Assembly: GCF_018977255.1 (NCBI RefSeq)
Contig: NW_024704743.1
Location: 4,156,001 to 4,220,000 of the forward strand
DNA from: Callorhinchus milii
Taxonomy: Eukaryota
Direction of reading: 5' to 3'
DNA length: 64,000 nucleotides
Within the stretch, counting starts at the first letter, position 1. Every line of letters starts with the position of its first letter. The notes beneath the pieces were generated by a model that saw only the letters and a program-made list of their open reading frames with translations, ran no database searches and was not told where the DNA came from. Shown here piece by piece: positions 39,656-52,559 of this stretch. The translations under genes were made by a program, and so were the position numbers.

Positions 39656-41425
39656 TTCGTAATGAGGGGAAGTTACGAGGTAACGAGGGAACTAAGCAGG
39701 ATTTAGCACATGGCACCTCTATAAAGTTTTCCCTCAAACATGGAGAGCAACAGAGGTATTCGTCCTCGTGACTGCGTACCTGTGAGTTGCATTTCTGCGT
39801 GTGTTTGCTTTAGGCTCTGGACTCACACTCATTGTGAGCATCAGCGAGAGCATTAAAATACACACAGATTTGACTAGTTACAAGATTTGACAAGGATGAC
39901 AAGTACACTCTGTTTTCGTTTTATTAGATTTTGTATGTTGAAGATGATTTTGCAGTCTGTAATCTCTGCATATATGTGTTTCGGAGCACAAAAGCCTTTG
40001 ATGCAAGCGTTAATCTCTCACGTGTAATTGTTAACTTGCTTGTAAACCGCCACTCTCTGGTTAGGCTGTGAACCTGTGACTGTGGTTGTCGTTTCATGGT
40101 ATTGACTGACAAAACAATTTGCATTTGAAACGGCGCCTTTTGGCCCCCAATACGTACAGTCAATTCACTTGACGGTACATTCTGCGAAGCGCTTTGAGAC
40201 GCATTGACGGCGTGATAAGGCGCTGTATCGAATGCGAGGATTATTATTATTATTATTATTATTTCACGTCAAGAGGACGTCTCAAGCCACTTCACTGGGT
40301 TGCACTGCAAAGAGTAGCGACTGCATTTAAGCTCTTTTTTCGTACACAGTCACACCACCTTACGCCGTATCCTGTGAAGTGCTTCGGGACATCTCGACAG
40401 TATGTCAAACCAGCGTATCAGATGCAAGGATTATATTATTGTGTATTTATCGCATTTGTAGGCAAACGCCGAGAATTTTTAAACTACAACGGTCCAACTT
40501 TTAAATGTTCAACCCAGCACCGTTAAAAAAATAGCATTGCAAGGTTCAAATAAGACAAGGAAAATGCTCGCACAACACAAACGTGGGTGAAACATTTCCT
40601 AACAGATTCGATGCGATATTTGTCATGTTGAATCTTTTAAGAAACATCGACTGATACGGATTCTAGTCACCGCTGTAAAAACTGAGGCCCTCTGAGAACG
40701 TTTTGACGTTACAGGCACTGAACCAAATGCAAGGATCATCATGATTAATACCCCCCACAGCTCCCCACTCCCCAGCTCGGGCACTGTAACCCGTTTTAGG
40801 ATGTCCTCCTGGCTTGAAAGTCCGTCCTCCAATGAGACGTTAAATCGAGGTCCCGTCTGCCTGTTCAGACGGACGTTAAAGATCCCGCGGTGCTATCGAG
40901 AAAGAGAAGGGGGTTTCTCCCAGTGTCCTGGCCAACAATTCCCCCTCGAAATAAAAACTGTTCGCTCCCTCCGTGGCAGTTTGTGAGACGTCGCTGTGCA
41001 CGTATTAGCTGCTGCGTTCGCCCTCGCAATTCACAGCCGCGGGGTTTGGCAGTATATCCTACGAGGGGCATTCAGGCATCTCAAACCGTCACGACGAGGC
41101 TCTCTGTCAGAATGCAAGGATTATTATCGACGTCAATCTGGACTGCGATCGTAACTGGCGTGTTGTACATCGATTAACAAACGGCGTAGCTGGCTGCCGC
41201 ACGAAATCCACCGCAAGTTCACACGCACAGAGCGCGGCTGGGAGTTTCCTTTGCCCGAACCGCCCTGTCGAGCGTGGACGAAGCTTCGCGAACGGCTAAA
41301 AATAAAATAAATCTACACGCGTTTAGTTTAAAAGAAGAAAAAGTCGGCCCTTTATTTTTGTTTTGTTTTGTTTTGCTCTTTCATCGAATCACTGCCCTGT
41401 GTTTTTTTTTAAACTCTCGTTTCAG

Positions 41426-41607
41426 GTGGAACGTGCTGGGCGTGCAAGGATCGCTCCTCAGTCATTTCATCGAACCCGTCTACCTGCACAGCATCGTCCT
41501 GGGGAGCGTCCTCCACTTTGGCCACCTTTCCCGCGTGGTGTGCCAGCGGATAGAAGCTGTCGGCCGGCTCCCGCCGCCCTACAGACACAACCGGCCTCTC
41601 CTCAGCG
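41426..41607 (+). CDS. ADARB2: ADARB2 coding exon (182 nt): [61 protein letters not shown](G)
   Basis: Acceptor ctcgtttcag|G, donor G|gtgcgt; frame continuous with neighbouring exons. Confidence 0.94.
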
Positions 41608-42036
41608 GTGCGTCAGTACGAAAGCGAGCGCGCCCCCGCAATTCACGACAGCGCCCGGAGCGGCGGTAGCAAGCTTGCGCCCCTTTTCGCGTCGGAGGAC
41701 GGCCCCGAGGCACCAGGTCCAAGCTGTCGACGCCTCGCTGCGCTGTCGGTAGCTCGTACCGGATGAGATTGCGAGCCCAGGTTCCCGTCTCTCCCGTTCG
41801 GGTGGATGTTAAGGAGAAGGGAGACCCGGCCGAATTAAACCCGGCACGGCTGCTCGCAGGATGTTGGCGAGCGCAAATCGACGGCCTCTATTCGTCTCCG
41901 AGCGCGCGGTCCCCGCGTTTCGCAGTGAATCCTGTCGGGCGCTTTAAGGCGTCTTGATGGCATGATGAGGGCGCTGTATCAAATGCGAGGGTCCTTGTAT
42001 GATTAACCACTTCTGGTGGCTCTTTTTACCCTCTTC

Positions 42037-42346
42037 TAGCTCAGTGGTTAGAGCACTCGCTTCGCAAGCGAGACACCTGGGTTCGATTCCCGGCAGGGGG
42101 TGAAACCTTGGCCAAGTTTCCTTACTCCACACACACGCCCTGATAGTAATTCCCTCAAAAACGAATAATAAATTGGTCGTTTCAATCCACGGCTGTTTGC
42201 GGGGACGCTGCTGTGTGCAATCGGCTGCCGCGTTTCGCATAAAAATATGCGGTCGATTCAGTTTACAGTCTATTCTGTGAAGCGCTTTGAGGCGTCGAGA
42301 AGATCTGAAAAAGCGCTGTATCAAATGCAAGGATTATTATTATTAT
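42037..42346 (+). mobile_element. tRNA-headed SINE (short variant)
   Basis: A/B boxes, body, tail. Confidence 0.9.
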
Positions 42347-43972
42347 TCTTTAGCACCGATAGAAATAGCAGTAGCCTTACAGGGAATCTAGAAATGCGAC
42401 ACTGATCCAATTCCATGGTGAGTACTAAAACTGGTCAAAAATAATTCAACGCTAGGAATCAAATCAGCGTAAGTGGCTCTCAGTGACAGGACTTCTCCAC
42501 AGAGATATTCCCTTTAATTGCACACAGGAGAGATTGATTGCATAAAAGTCACTCCGCACCAGAATTTTGCAATTAAGAAGAAAGTTTGGGGCAGCATTTG
42601 CCATTTTATTCACTCACCCCACCACCCCACCCCAATTCTTCTGGTCTCCAAGAATGTATGACATTTTAAATGGGATTCAGAAATACCTTAGGATGCTCCG
42701 AGAATGAGTAGAACAGGAGGATATATATATGGGTTTGGAGTGGCAAAGGACAATTTCAGGACAGATATCAGGAAGTTTTTCTGAACGCAGAGAATAATTG
42801 ATGATTGGAACAACACGGTTGTCAGGAAAAAGTGGTTGAGGCGAGGACACCGGACACGTTTAGAAAGCAGCTTATTGCTGTGGTGGGAGGACGCTAGGGT
42901 GGGTGTTCTGGAGGGGTGAGATAAAATGGACCTTCTTTGTCCAAACCAATCTTGTGACCCTGGTGACACTGGGAAAAGCTCCCCAAATGAGTCGCCGGAG
43001 CTTTAAAGCCGACTTGAACAGGCAGAAGGTTTCCTGGTTGTCATCCCATCCAAAAAGACAGCACCTCTGACGCTCTAACGCTTCCCTAGTCCTGCACTGG
43101 AGTGTCAGCCTAGAATAGCAGCTCAAGTACTCAACGTGAGTTTTGAGGTCCTCCCAACTTTCTGACGCAGAGACGCGAGCGCTCCCGACTGAGGCAAGGT
43201 AACACCAACGAGATGCGCTATCATGGATGAGTTTAAAACGGACTCAACTCGCCCAGCTGGGGCAAGCGAGTGCAACACAAGGGGCTCGAACATGCAGGCT
43301 TGCATAGTTTTACACAATTTTACATGGTGTGCAGCAGGGAAACAGGCCATTCAGCCCAACACTTCCATGCCAGAGTTTATAGTCCAAATGAGTCTCCACC
43401 TTCTACTGCCTCCCATACCCTTCTCTTCCCCTCTCCCTCGGGCGAAGGTCTAGATTCCTCTTAAATGCGCCTACAAAATACACAGTCAATTCACTTTACA
43501 GTGTATTCTGTGAAGGGCTTTGAGACGTCTCGAAGACACGATAAGGCGCCATATCAAAATTCAAGGATTATTATTATTAGTAATATTAATATTATAAATG
43601 CACCTACACTATCTGCTTCAACCAGCGATTCAGGCCGCGAGTTCCACATTCTCACTACCCTCTGCGTGAAATGGTTCCTCCTAAATTTTCTTTGAGATTC
43701 CGCTGGAATCTATATTATATTTGTGTCCCCTGGTATGGTCTCCCCAACATGTGGGAACAGTCTATTTGTGCTCACCTTATTAAACTGTTGAACAATCAGG
43801 TCCCCTCTTAAACATCTCTCGTCAAAAAAGGTCAAACCTATCCGGTCTATCCTGATAGCAGTAACCTGCCAGCCCCAGCATCAACCCATGTCCTCTTGTT
43901 CAACAGTCTTGGTCATCTTGAAGAGTTTCTAGAATTACAAGCACACCTTATTTGATCCACGTTCCTACCTAT

Positions 43973-44307
43973 GGAGTCCTGGAGCTCAGTGGTTAGAGCA
44001 CTCGCCTCGCAGGCGAGAAGATCTGGGTTCAATTCCCGGGCAGGGCGAAACTTTAGGCAAGTTTGCTTACTCCACAAGCCTCTGTTAACCTAGTAGTCGA
44101 TTGGCGGAGGGTAATAATCCCTTTTTAAAAAAAATAAGAATTTGGTCACTCAATCCACGGGACACGGCCGTGCGCAATTGGCTGCCGCGTTTCGCCCACA
44201 AAATATACAGTCAATTCACCTTACAGTATCTTTTGTGAAGCGCTTTGAGACGTCGAAAAGACGTGATAAGGCGCTACATCAAATGCAAGGATTAGTATTA
44301 TTATTAT
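43973..44307 (+). mobile_element. tRNA-headed SINE
   Basis: Head ggagtcctggagctcagtggttagagc, body, tail. Confidence 0.88.
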
Positions 44308-45934
44308 CTAACACAAAGCCAAAATCCAGCCATGTGGATAATTTGCTTCAACCACTTTTAGTGTGATTGCGAACACACTGACAGATGGGCAGAAGCCTTT
44401 GCGGTAATGAATCCTTGCAGACCTCACACAAAAAAGCAAAATTAAAAACAGGCTGAACATTGGAGGCCCAGCATCGCCCCTTCAGTTTCTAACCTGCGAC
44501 ACTGTTGCTGAACATTGTAAATTATTTTTTCTATTATCTTCAAAATGTCAGTCATTAAGTGCTTAATTTAGGTTTAATTTGCATTTGAGAGATAATTGCT
44601 AACTTGGACAGCCGCCAGTTTAATGAAGCGTTGGCAGTGGGGTGGTAGTCCGCAATTTAGAAATATTAAACAGCGTGTTTTTATAGCCGCTGCGGTGAAA
44701 ACGATGGCAAAGCTCCGTTGGCTGCCGGCTGAGAAAGTTCATTTAGCAAAATAAAATTCGCTCCGAAAAATACACAGTCAGTTCGCTTCACAGTATATCC
44801 CGTGAAAGCCCTTTGAGACGTCTCGAAGACTTGATAAGGCGCTGTATCAAATGCAAGGATCGTTATCAAGGAAACAGGGAGCGGGGAGCAACCTGGTCGA
44901 GCTTTATTAACTGCAAAGTCTTTGGAATATTTTCATTCAAGCATATCCCAGTGCAAAAAATTCTCAGTCACAAGCAACGGATCACTACTTCGCAAACTGG
45001 CCAGCGCTATATAAATGCAAGTTGTTGCCCTGACTCACACTGGAGGACTTTTTCACTGGTGTTACTCTTCAAGTGAGACATTAAACCCTGTGGTGTTACA
45101 CTGTCGGCTATTTACAGGTGATCTGGTCTGGCCAGTGTAACTCACTCACCCAAATTCACCCCCAACAAGTTACGACACAAGATAAAAACAAATAAACATT
45201 GCATTCGACACAACACCCCGAAATGTAAAAGCGTCTCAAACCACAGGTAGATACTGTCACCTGTAATGCCTTTGTATCCTGTAGGGAAATTGAAAGTTCC
45301 CACAGTGAGCTTGATGCAGAATTTCAAAAAGATTTTGAGCTAAATTTGGCAATGGTGCGAAATGCTCCCACCGACGTGATAATTAACACATGCAGTGGTG
45401 TCCATGAACTGGTCTCCGGCTCTGCCAGAGGTAGGACTCGACTAACGTAACCAGACTGACTAGATGTCAGTCTGGTTAAGTTAGTAGCTCTCTCGCCTCT
45501 GAGTCAGAAGATTTTTGTGTTCAAGCCCTACGTCAGGGCTATGAACTCGCGTAGTCTAGGCTACCGCTCCAATGCAGTGCTGGGGGCGTGCTGCATTTGT
45601 TAGAGGTGCCGTCCTTCTGATGAAGCATTAAACTCGGATGGATGTTAAAGATCTCACAACACCATTTGAGAGGAGAAGGGAGTTCCTTCCCGTGTCCCAG
45701 CCGACAATCCATGCCGCCAAAAAAAAAAAATCGGTCACGCGCGGAACACTACATCAAATGCAAGGATTATTATTATCATTAATAATTAATTAGCAAATAG
45801 GTGTTACCTAAGGCAGCGCAAACAATTAGTACGTAGACTAGAAACTGATTTGATTAGAAATTGTATTGCCGACGGCTTCCGTTATATTTTTATCATCTTT
45901 GTGTTGTTGGTTTCAAGCAAAATGTCTTCCACCA

Positions 45935-46305
45935 CAACAGCTTACACTTATATAGCGCCCTCCACACAGGGTAGCGCCTCAGAGCGCTTAACAGTGGCGG
46001 AACCTGGGGTGGAGTGGAGGTGGCCGTAAGCACGGTCGAGTTGGAAGGTCTTCCGGTGGGACTTGAAAGAGGGGAGAGAGGGGGGAAGGCGGAGGGATTG
46101 AAGGAGAGTGTGGCAGAGTTTCGGGGCGTAGAGGCTGAAAGTACGACCTCCGATGGTGGGACGGAGGGTGCGAGGGACGGGCAGGAGGACGGAGCCAGTC
46201 GAGCGGGGGCGCCGGGTGGTGGATTGGAGAGTGAGGAGGCCGGAGAAGATAGGGAGGTGCCAGAGAGTGAAAGGATTTGAACACGAGTGTGAGAATCTGG
46301 AAGTC
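45935..46305 (-). mobile_element. L2 3' fragment, second subfamily
   Basis: TIGGRTFSLYAPKL..FKSHRKT; same 3' UTR as the 32275 copy. Confidence 0.8.
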
Positions 46306-47055
46306 AAAGGTCTTCCGTGGACGCGAAGATAAATTTGCTCTTAAATCTCACTGGCGGGAAGGGCTTGCAGTGTGGAGATGCCGACCCGGGATCTCGTAGC
46401 CCATTTTTCAAAACAAGTGAAAAAAAGAATGAAAATGAAAATGCCTTTCGTTCTTTTCGTTGCTTCGGTTTGTCCGCTGTCCGTTTCTGCTGCTTGCGTT
46501 TTAAAACAAATGAGCGCAGGTGGCGTCAAGGGACTTGACAGGACGAGTAACCGAGTCTGACAGTTTGACAGTACGATGGAGCTGAATTAACATCAGTAGA
46601 GGCAGTCATTAACCCAGGGTGCTGTTAAAACTCCGCACGGTTAATTCAGTTCAGTCACACTCTCGCGCTCGGTAATTTCTCGAGTGAGATTCCCCCAATG
46701 ATGTTGTTCGCCGATTATGTTTATTTATTTATTTTTCGAGAGAGAGATTTTGATAGCGAGAAGCTCTCCCTCATTCGGTGCTAAGAAATGTCTCTACATC
46801 CTGCAACGTGTACTCGGCAGCGGGTGGGTACACTGGAAGGATAGGATCGAATGGGGGCCAAAGCGCTTTGGTTTTCTGAATTTCTCTTGGGAGCTCATTC
46901 GCCTGCGAGTACACGGTAACCAGCCTTTGTGGATCGCTGTGAAGCGCTTTGAGGCATTCTCGACATTATAGGCGCTGTATCGAGTGCAAACAATTATTAT
47001 TATTTATTATTATTGTTATTATCGCAGGGGGGAATCTTATCTCAAACAGAGGGAC

Positions 47056-47109
47056 ATTACACACACACACACACATACCTTTCGCATACTTCCCTACAAC
47101 CACACATGT

Positions 47110-47140
<31 letters not shown>
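47056..47140. repeat. (CA)n microsatellite
   Basis: Direct reading. Confidence 0.95.
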
Positions 47141-47143
<3 letters not shown>

Positions 47144-47732
47144 CCTTCGCATAACCCTTCCTTCTCCATACAGACTCCACACCCACATTTCCCTCCAACA
47201 CAGAGACACCCAAAGGTTTGTATCTGTGTATCTGTGTATCTGCGGGTGGTTGAAACGGCCAGCAAAATTCAACAAAAAAAAACCCCATGCGAACGACTAG
47301 CTTTATCTGGGGATTGTTGGCCAGGACACCGGGTTAAAAACTCTCCTCTTTGCAAATAGCATTGTAGGCTCATTAATGTTCCCCCAAACAGGTAGACAAG
47401 ACGTCCACTTAACACCTTGGACAGTGAAGCCATAATGAAGCCTCAGCCTAAACTCCTGCTCACATCTCCGTCATCTATGACTCTTTTCAATTGAAAGACT
47501 TTGTCGTACCCTCCCCCCATCCCTTCCCCCCTCCCGACCACTTCCCTCGTCCCCCCCTCCTTCCCCACCGCCAGCTGTTTTCTTTACCCAAATTCTCACA
47601 ATTTTTCGGCACTTATCTTGCTAACTAATTGGGTCAAAGCAGCGACGACTTGCATTTATATAGCGCCCGTCAGGCGGGGTATAGTGAAACCCCCTCCGCG
47701 GTTTAAATCTCCTTTGTTTGACATTCCCGCAG

Positions 47733-47911
47733 GGATCACGAGTTCCGGGGCTCGTCAGCCTGGCAAGTCCCCCAGCGTCAGCATCAACTGGACGCTGGGC
47801 GACTCCGACCTGGAGGTTATCAACGCCACCACGGGAAAGGGGGCCTTGGGATGTTCGTCCAGACTCTGCAAACGCGCACTTTATAGCCGATGGGCAAAGC
47901 TTTATGGCAAG
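47733..47911 (+). CDS. ADARB2: ADARB2 coding exon (179 nt): GITSSGARQPGKSPSVSINWTLGDSDLEVINATTGKGALGCSSRLCKRALYSRWAKLYGK
   Basis: Acceptor attcccgcag|GG, donor AAG|gtaaga; ARQPGK, NW and SRLCK motifs of ADARs. Confidence 0.95.
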
Positions 47912-48161
47912 GTAAGAGCTCGCCGTCCGCTTGCACCACAGCCTCGCTGGCCAAGAGAAGGCGCAGGGGAGGGGTTTTTCTTTTCGTCGAAGTGTTCAAG
48001 CTCGTTAAGGTTTAGAGATAAACTGAACCCCATTTAACACGTCATGGAATCTAGAACGAGGGTTCACTGACCCAAGCTTTACAGTGCACTGGGATGTCTT
48101 ACATCCACGTTATACGGTGTGTTGCACACCTTCAAGTGCTGCGTTCACTACAATATAAATT

Positions 48162-48542
48162 TAATGATAATAATCCTTGCATCTGATATAGCACCTTATC
48201 GTGTCAATGAGGCGTCTCAAAGCGCTTCACAGAATACACTGTAAAGTGAATCGACTGCATATTTTGTGGGCGAAACGCGGCAGCCAATTGCGCACAGCAG
48301 CGTCCCCGCAAACAGTCGCGGATCGAGCGACCGAATTATCATTATTATTTATTTTTTGAAGGAATTATTGCCCCCGGAAAAGCGATCCGCCAATCGACTA
48401 GCAAGCGGGTTCCTACTTACTGCTAAGTAAACATAGGCGTGTGTGGAGTAAGGAAACGTGCCCAACATTTCGTCCTGCCGGGAATCGAACCCAGGTCCTC
48501 TCGCTTGCCGAGGCGAGTGCTCTAACCACTGAGCTACAGGAA
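48162..48542 (-). mobile_element. tRNA-headed SINE (long variant), full length
   Basis: All segments present on minus strand, ~250 nt downstream of exon 47733-47911. Confidence 0.9.
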
Positions 48543-49394
48543 TCAACCTAAAGGACACATTTTACCTATAAAGGGTAGAGTTGCCGTCTCTCTTTACCAG
48601 TCAATTCCTTTCATTATCCTAAACAGCTCGAAAGCCAAAGCAGCTGACGCTGTAAGGGTGGGTGCGCTGGAAGGAGGAGATTAAATGGACCGAAGACTAT
48701 CTTTATCCAAATCTCTCCTGTGATCTCTTATAAAGCTCCGGCAATTCATATCTAATTACTACCGTACGCAGTGCTGATGAATAAACGCAGTAAAACTGTC
48801 CGGGGAGGCGGTGTGACAGATTGCGTGGCAGAGAATTCCAGTTGGTAAATTTACTGACAAGTGGAAAATTTTCCCTGTGATATTTCTCTTGCACGCATGA
48901 AATTCAACAAGCTGTTTCCTAGGTTTAGAAGCATGTTAATTTCAGATTTCGTAATCCGCACTCGTCTCGCATTAGACTGGATTATTTAAACTAATATTAA
49001 ATAATCCGCACTAACCCATCTGATTCATACAAGAAAGGAGCAACAGCCGAGCAGAGGCCTCAAATTTCTCACCGTCTTATGTTTAGAGTATATGCTCTGA
49101 AGCGCTTTGAGATGTCTCGACGACCTGATGAGGCGCGATATCAAACTCAAAGATTATTATTATTATTATTATTATTATTGATTAATATCGAGCCGAAGTT
49201 TGAAAGATTCCTCAACTCGGTCTTGATCTGGAAGCCGATCGAAAAGCAACTAAAAGAAAAATACGGCTTCAAAATGAAGGCTAAACCGAGGAGCTTTCCA
49301 ATTTTCTGCGCCAAAAGGAAGGTGTTCGGTAATTAAGGGTAAAATTTAAGACTCGGATTCTAAACGGAAACCCGACTCATGACAATGAGCGTAA

Positions 49395-49720
49395 GAGTCC
49401 CGTAGTGTATTGGTTACAGAGCTCGCCTCACACGCAGGAGGGCCCTGGTTTGATTCCCCAGGCCGGGCGAAACCTTCGGCAACTTTCCTTACTCCACGCG
49501 TCTCTGTTTACCTTGTGATAAGCAGGAACCCGGTCGTTAGTCAATTGGCGGATCGCCTTCCGGGGGCATTAATCCCTCCAAAAAAGAATTGGGTTCCTCA
49601 ATCCACGACTGCTTGTGGGACGCTGCTGTTCGCAATTGGCTGCCGCGTTTCGCCCACAAAGCCGCTTTGAGACGAGTCGACGATGGGATAAGGTGCTATC
49701 TCGAACGCTAGAATTATTAT
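49395..49720 (+). mobile_element. tRNA-headed SINE with tRNA-Val-like head
   Basis: cgtagtgtattggttac..ctcgcctcacacgc head, then the family body. Confidence 0.85.
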
Positions 49721-50937
49721 CACTGTTAAAATAAGACGGGGATGGAAGGAGGGAGATTCGGACGGGTGTGGGCTCATGCGGAGGATAAACACCAGCGTGT
49801 TGGGCACTAGTTGGGCTGACTGGCCTGTTTCGGTGCTGTGGGTTCTACGTCATTTTCCCGGCATCATTTACCAGTCGATCCCTCTGTAGTCCAGCAATAA
49901 GATAACTCGTTGCGTGAGATTGGCAGAAGCGAATCAAGCGTCCTACCTCCAAACGCGGTCACCTACACAAGCACTAACTTGTACACGGCCACTGAGCCCC
50001 GTTGTGTTATTAGTCTCAAGTCTGTTCGCGTGTTACCGTTGCGTTTCCGCTGTGATGGTTAGTTCCTCGATTAATGACAAGCAGTGGAGTTGGCCCACTT
50101 TTGTGTGGATTTTTAATTGGTGTCGCGTGTGAATGCCACACATCCACTGCGTCGATCAAGAAAGAACAAAGGAATAAAGAGCGCCATAATTACGTGGGTT
50201 TGCGTATCGTACCGTTGGAATGTGGTCTCCCCCTCAAACCCCCCCCCCCCCACCCCCCGCATTCACTTGCCCCCCCAAAACGCACGGCCCATTCCATCGC
50301 CGGCGTCCTGGTTTCGAGCCGCCACCAATGTCGCCTCTCGCCCGCCCGCCACCCGTGGGTAGGTTACGGGCAGCGACTTCGGCGGCGACTTGACCACCCA
50401 CAAGTTGGCCATTTTGGGTTCCCCTGCGTCAGCCGGGGTTTGACGTCTTTCCGGAACGAAAAATAAAATAAAACGATCTTCTCGCGTTTGATTTGGCGCC
50501 TTTCGCTTTGGGAGGACGCCGCAAAGAGCCTCGAGGAATTTACTGCGAAGCGTAGTGTTTTGTAGGCCAACGCTGCAGTCGATTTGCGTGTAGGGATGTC
50601 CCACGAAACAGCCCGCGAGAGGACTGACCCGCGTTACTTCCGCGCAGCGAATGGGGGGGGCAGGCGACTGGCAAACCTTGCGATATTGCAGCTCCCGCTG
50701 TGGTTTGCGGAGCGCACAGCGAAAAGGCGTCTGTCTCTCAGGCGTGATTCGATCGGAGCTCTCACCTCACCAGAACAGAAAGGGTCAGACAGAAGCGCAG
50801 ACCGTGCCTCAGACTGCGGGGGGGGGGGACGCGGAGGCAAGAAGGAAATAGTTGCGAGCGAAAATAGTTAGCGTTCATCGGCTGTTTTGAATCCCTTACT
50901 GTACATCCATCGTTTTCGTTTGGAGGGAGGGAGAAAT

Positions 50938-50990
50938 GAAGGAAGGAAGGAAGGAAGGAAGGAAGGAAGGAAGGAAGGAAGGAAGGAAGG
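50938..50990. repeat. (GGAA)n microsatellite
   Basis: Direct reading. Confidence 0.95.
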
Positions 50991-52559
50991 AAAAGACTCT
51001 CAATGTTAAGTAAAGGGAAACACGAGAGAAATGTAAATTTGTTGCGCTTAACTGGGAGCGAAGATTCAGCTCAGTATCCAAAGGCCAAATGACGTAAGAA
51101 TCAGCAAACAGTATATATCACTCGAACATCTCAGCGATTGTCGACATGGTGTAATATCCAAATTGAAGAGATTGGGAGGGAAAGATAAGCCGAGAGATGA
51201 CAAAGAGAGAAACCGTTCAATAAAAAGCTCCTATTATCACCTCATTTCAAAATCATTTCAGCGCAGGTTATCCTATTGGTTTAATCTCCTGCATTTATCT
51301 GGATCAAAGTTACCTGCGATTAACCTAAAACAACAAATTGAACCGGGTCGAAAGATTTGCACGGCAAGTCGGATCCGAACGAGATCTACATTAAATGCCC
51401 AACAAAAAAAAAAACACTTAAGATATTACTTAAGATATAGTCTTTTTTTAAACCGGTTTAAGTAAAGGGGTCATTTATTGCAACGCTTAATGCCATAATT
51501 CTGTTTGCTGAAATCCCGAATGTGTCAGTTATTTTTGCTCCCTTTCTTCCCAATAACGGCCGCACTTACAATCAACTTACAATCAACTCACGACCTGGCG
51601 AGACAGCTCATTGCAAAACTGCACCTTTTGGGAATAAAGCTTAAGGTGTTTGAGAGATGTTGGGCTTTTCAGTACTAGATTTTAAGACGAGATAAAATAG
51701 CTCTCAGAAATTAAAAATAATTCATTTGAGGAATGCACTCTGTATTGAACCGCAGATATTGCTGGTCTGGGAGCATAATAATAATAATAATATTAATAAT
51801 AATAATAATAATCCTTGCATTTGATACAGTGCCTTATCACGTCTTCGAGACGTCTCAAAGCACTTCGCAGAACACACCGTAAAGTGAATTGACTGTATAT
51901 TTGGTGGGCGAAATGTACGCTCAATGCACTCTTCATCTGAATAAACGGTGAACTTAAGTGCAAAGAAATAGAGTTTCTAATATTTGTCCTAATGGGTGTT
52001 AAATTCCATTTCACAAAAGTCTGAAAAACCTCTTTATTTATTACAATCAGCGCAACACTTTAAAAGAAAATGCTTCTTCTTGTTGGTTTCCCGATTTCTT
52101 TCCAAGTGTTTGTTTAAGGCGAGTGCGATCTTCGAACTAACTGGTTTATTTTCCAAAGTTTGTTCCTTCGAAATGTTCGCCATCGTTGGTTTGTAGCCCA
52201 CAAAACACGGTATCCATTTATTTTTCCCTCCAAAAAATAAAATAAATAAGTACCGAAAATCTGGTCATTCAATCCACGACTGTTTTGTGAGACATTCGGT
52301 GCCACATTTGGCTCACAAAATAATCAAAATATACATATAATCTTTGTGACGCTCTTTTCGACGTCTCAATGACATGATCAGGCAAGGATTATCATTATTA
52401 ATATTATTATTATTATTGTCATTATCCAGATTCTCCAGCAAACTCAAAGAGCATAACAATAAAGTAATAATCCTTCCATTTTATTTGGCACCTTGTCACG
52501 TCGCCGAAACATCTCAAACCACATCAGTTTTCTGGGGTTGTGACTGTGTATCGTGTAAC

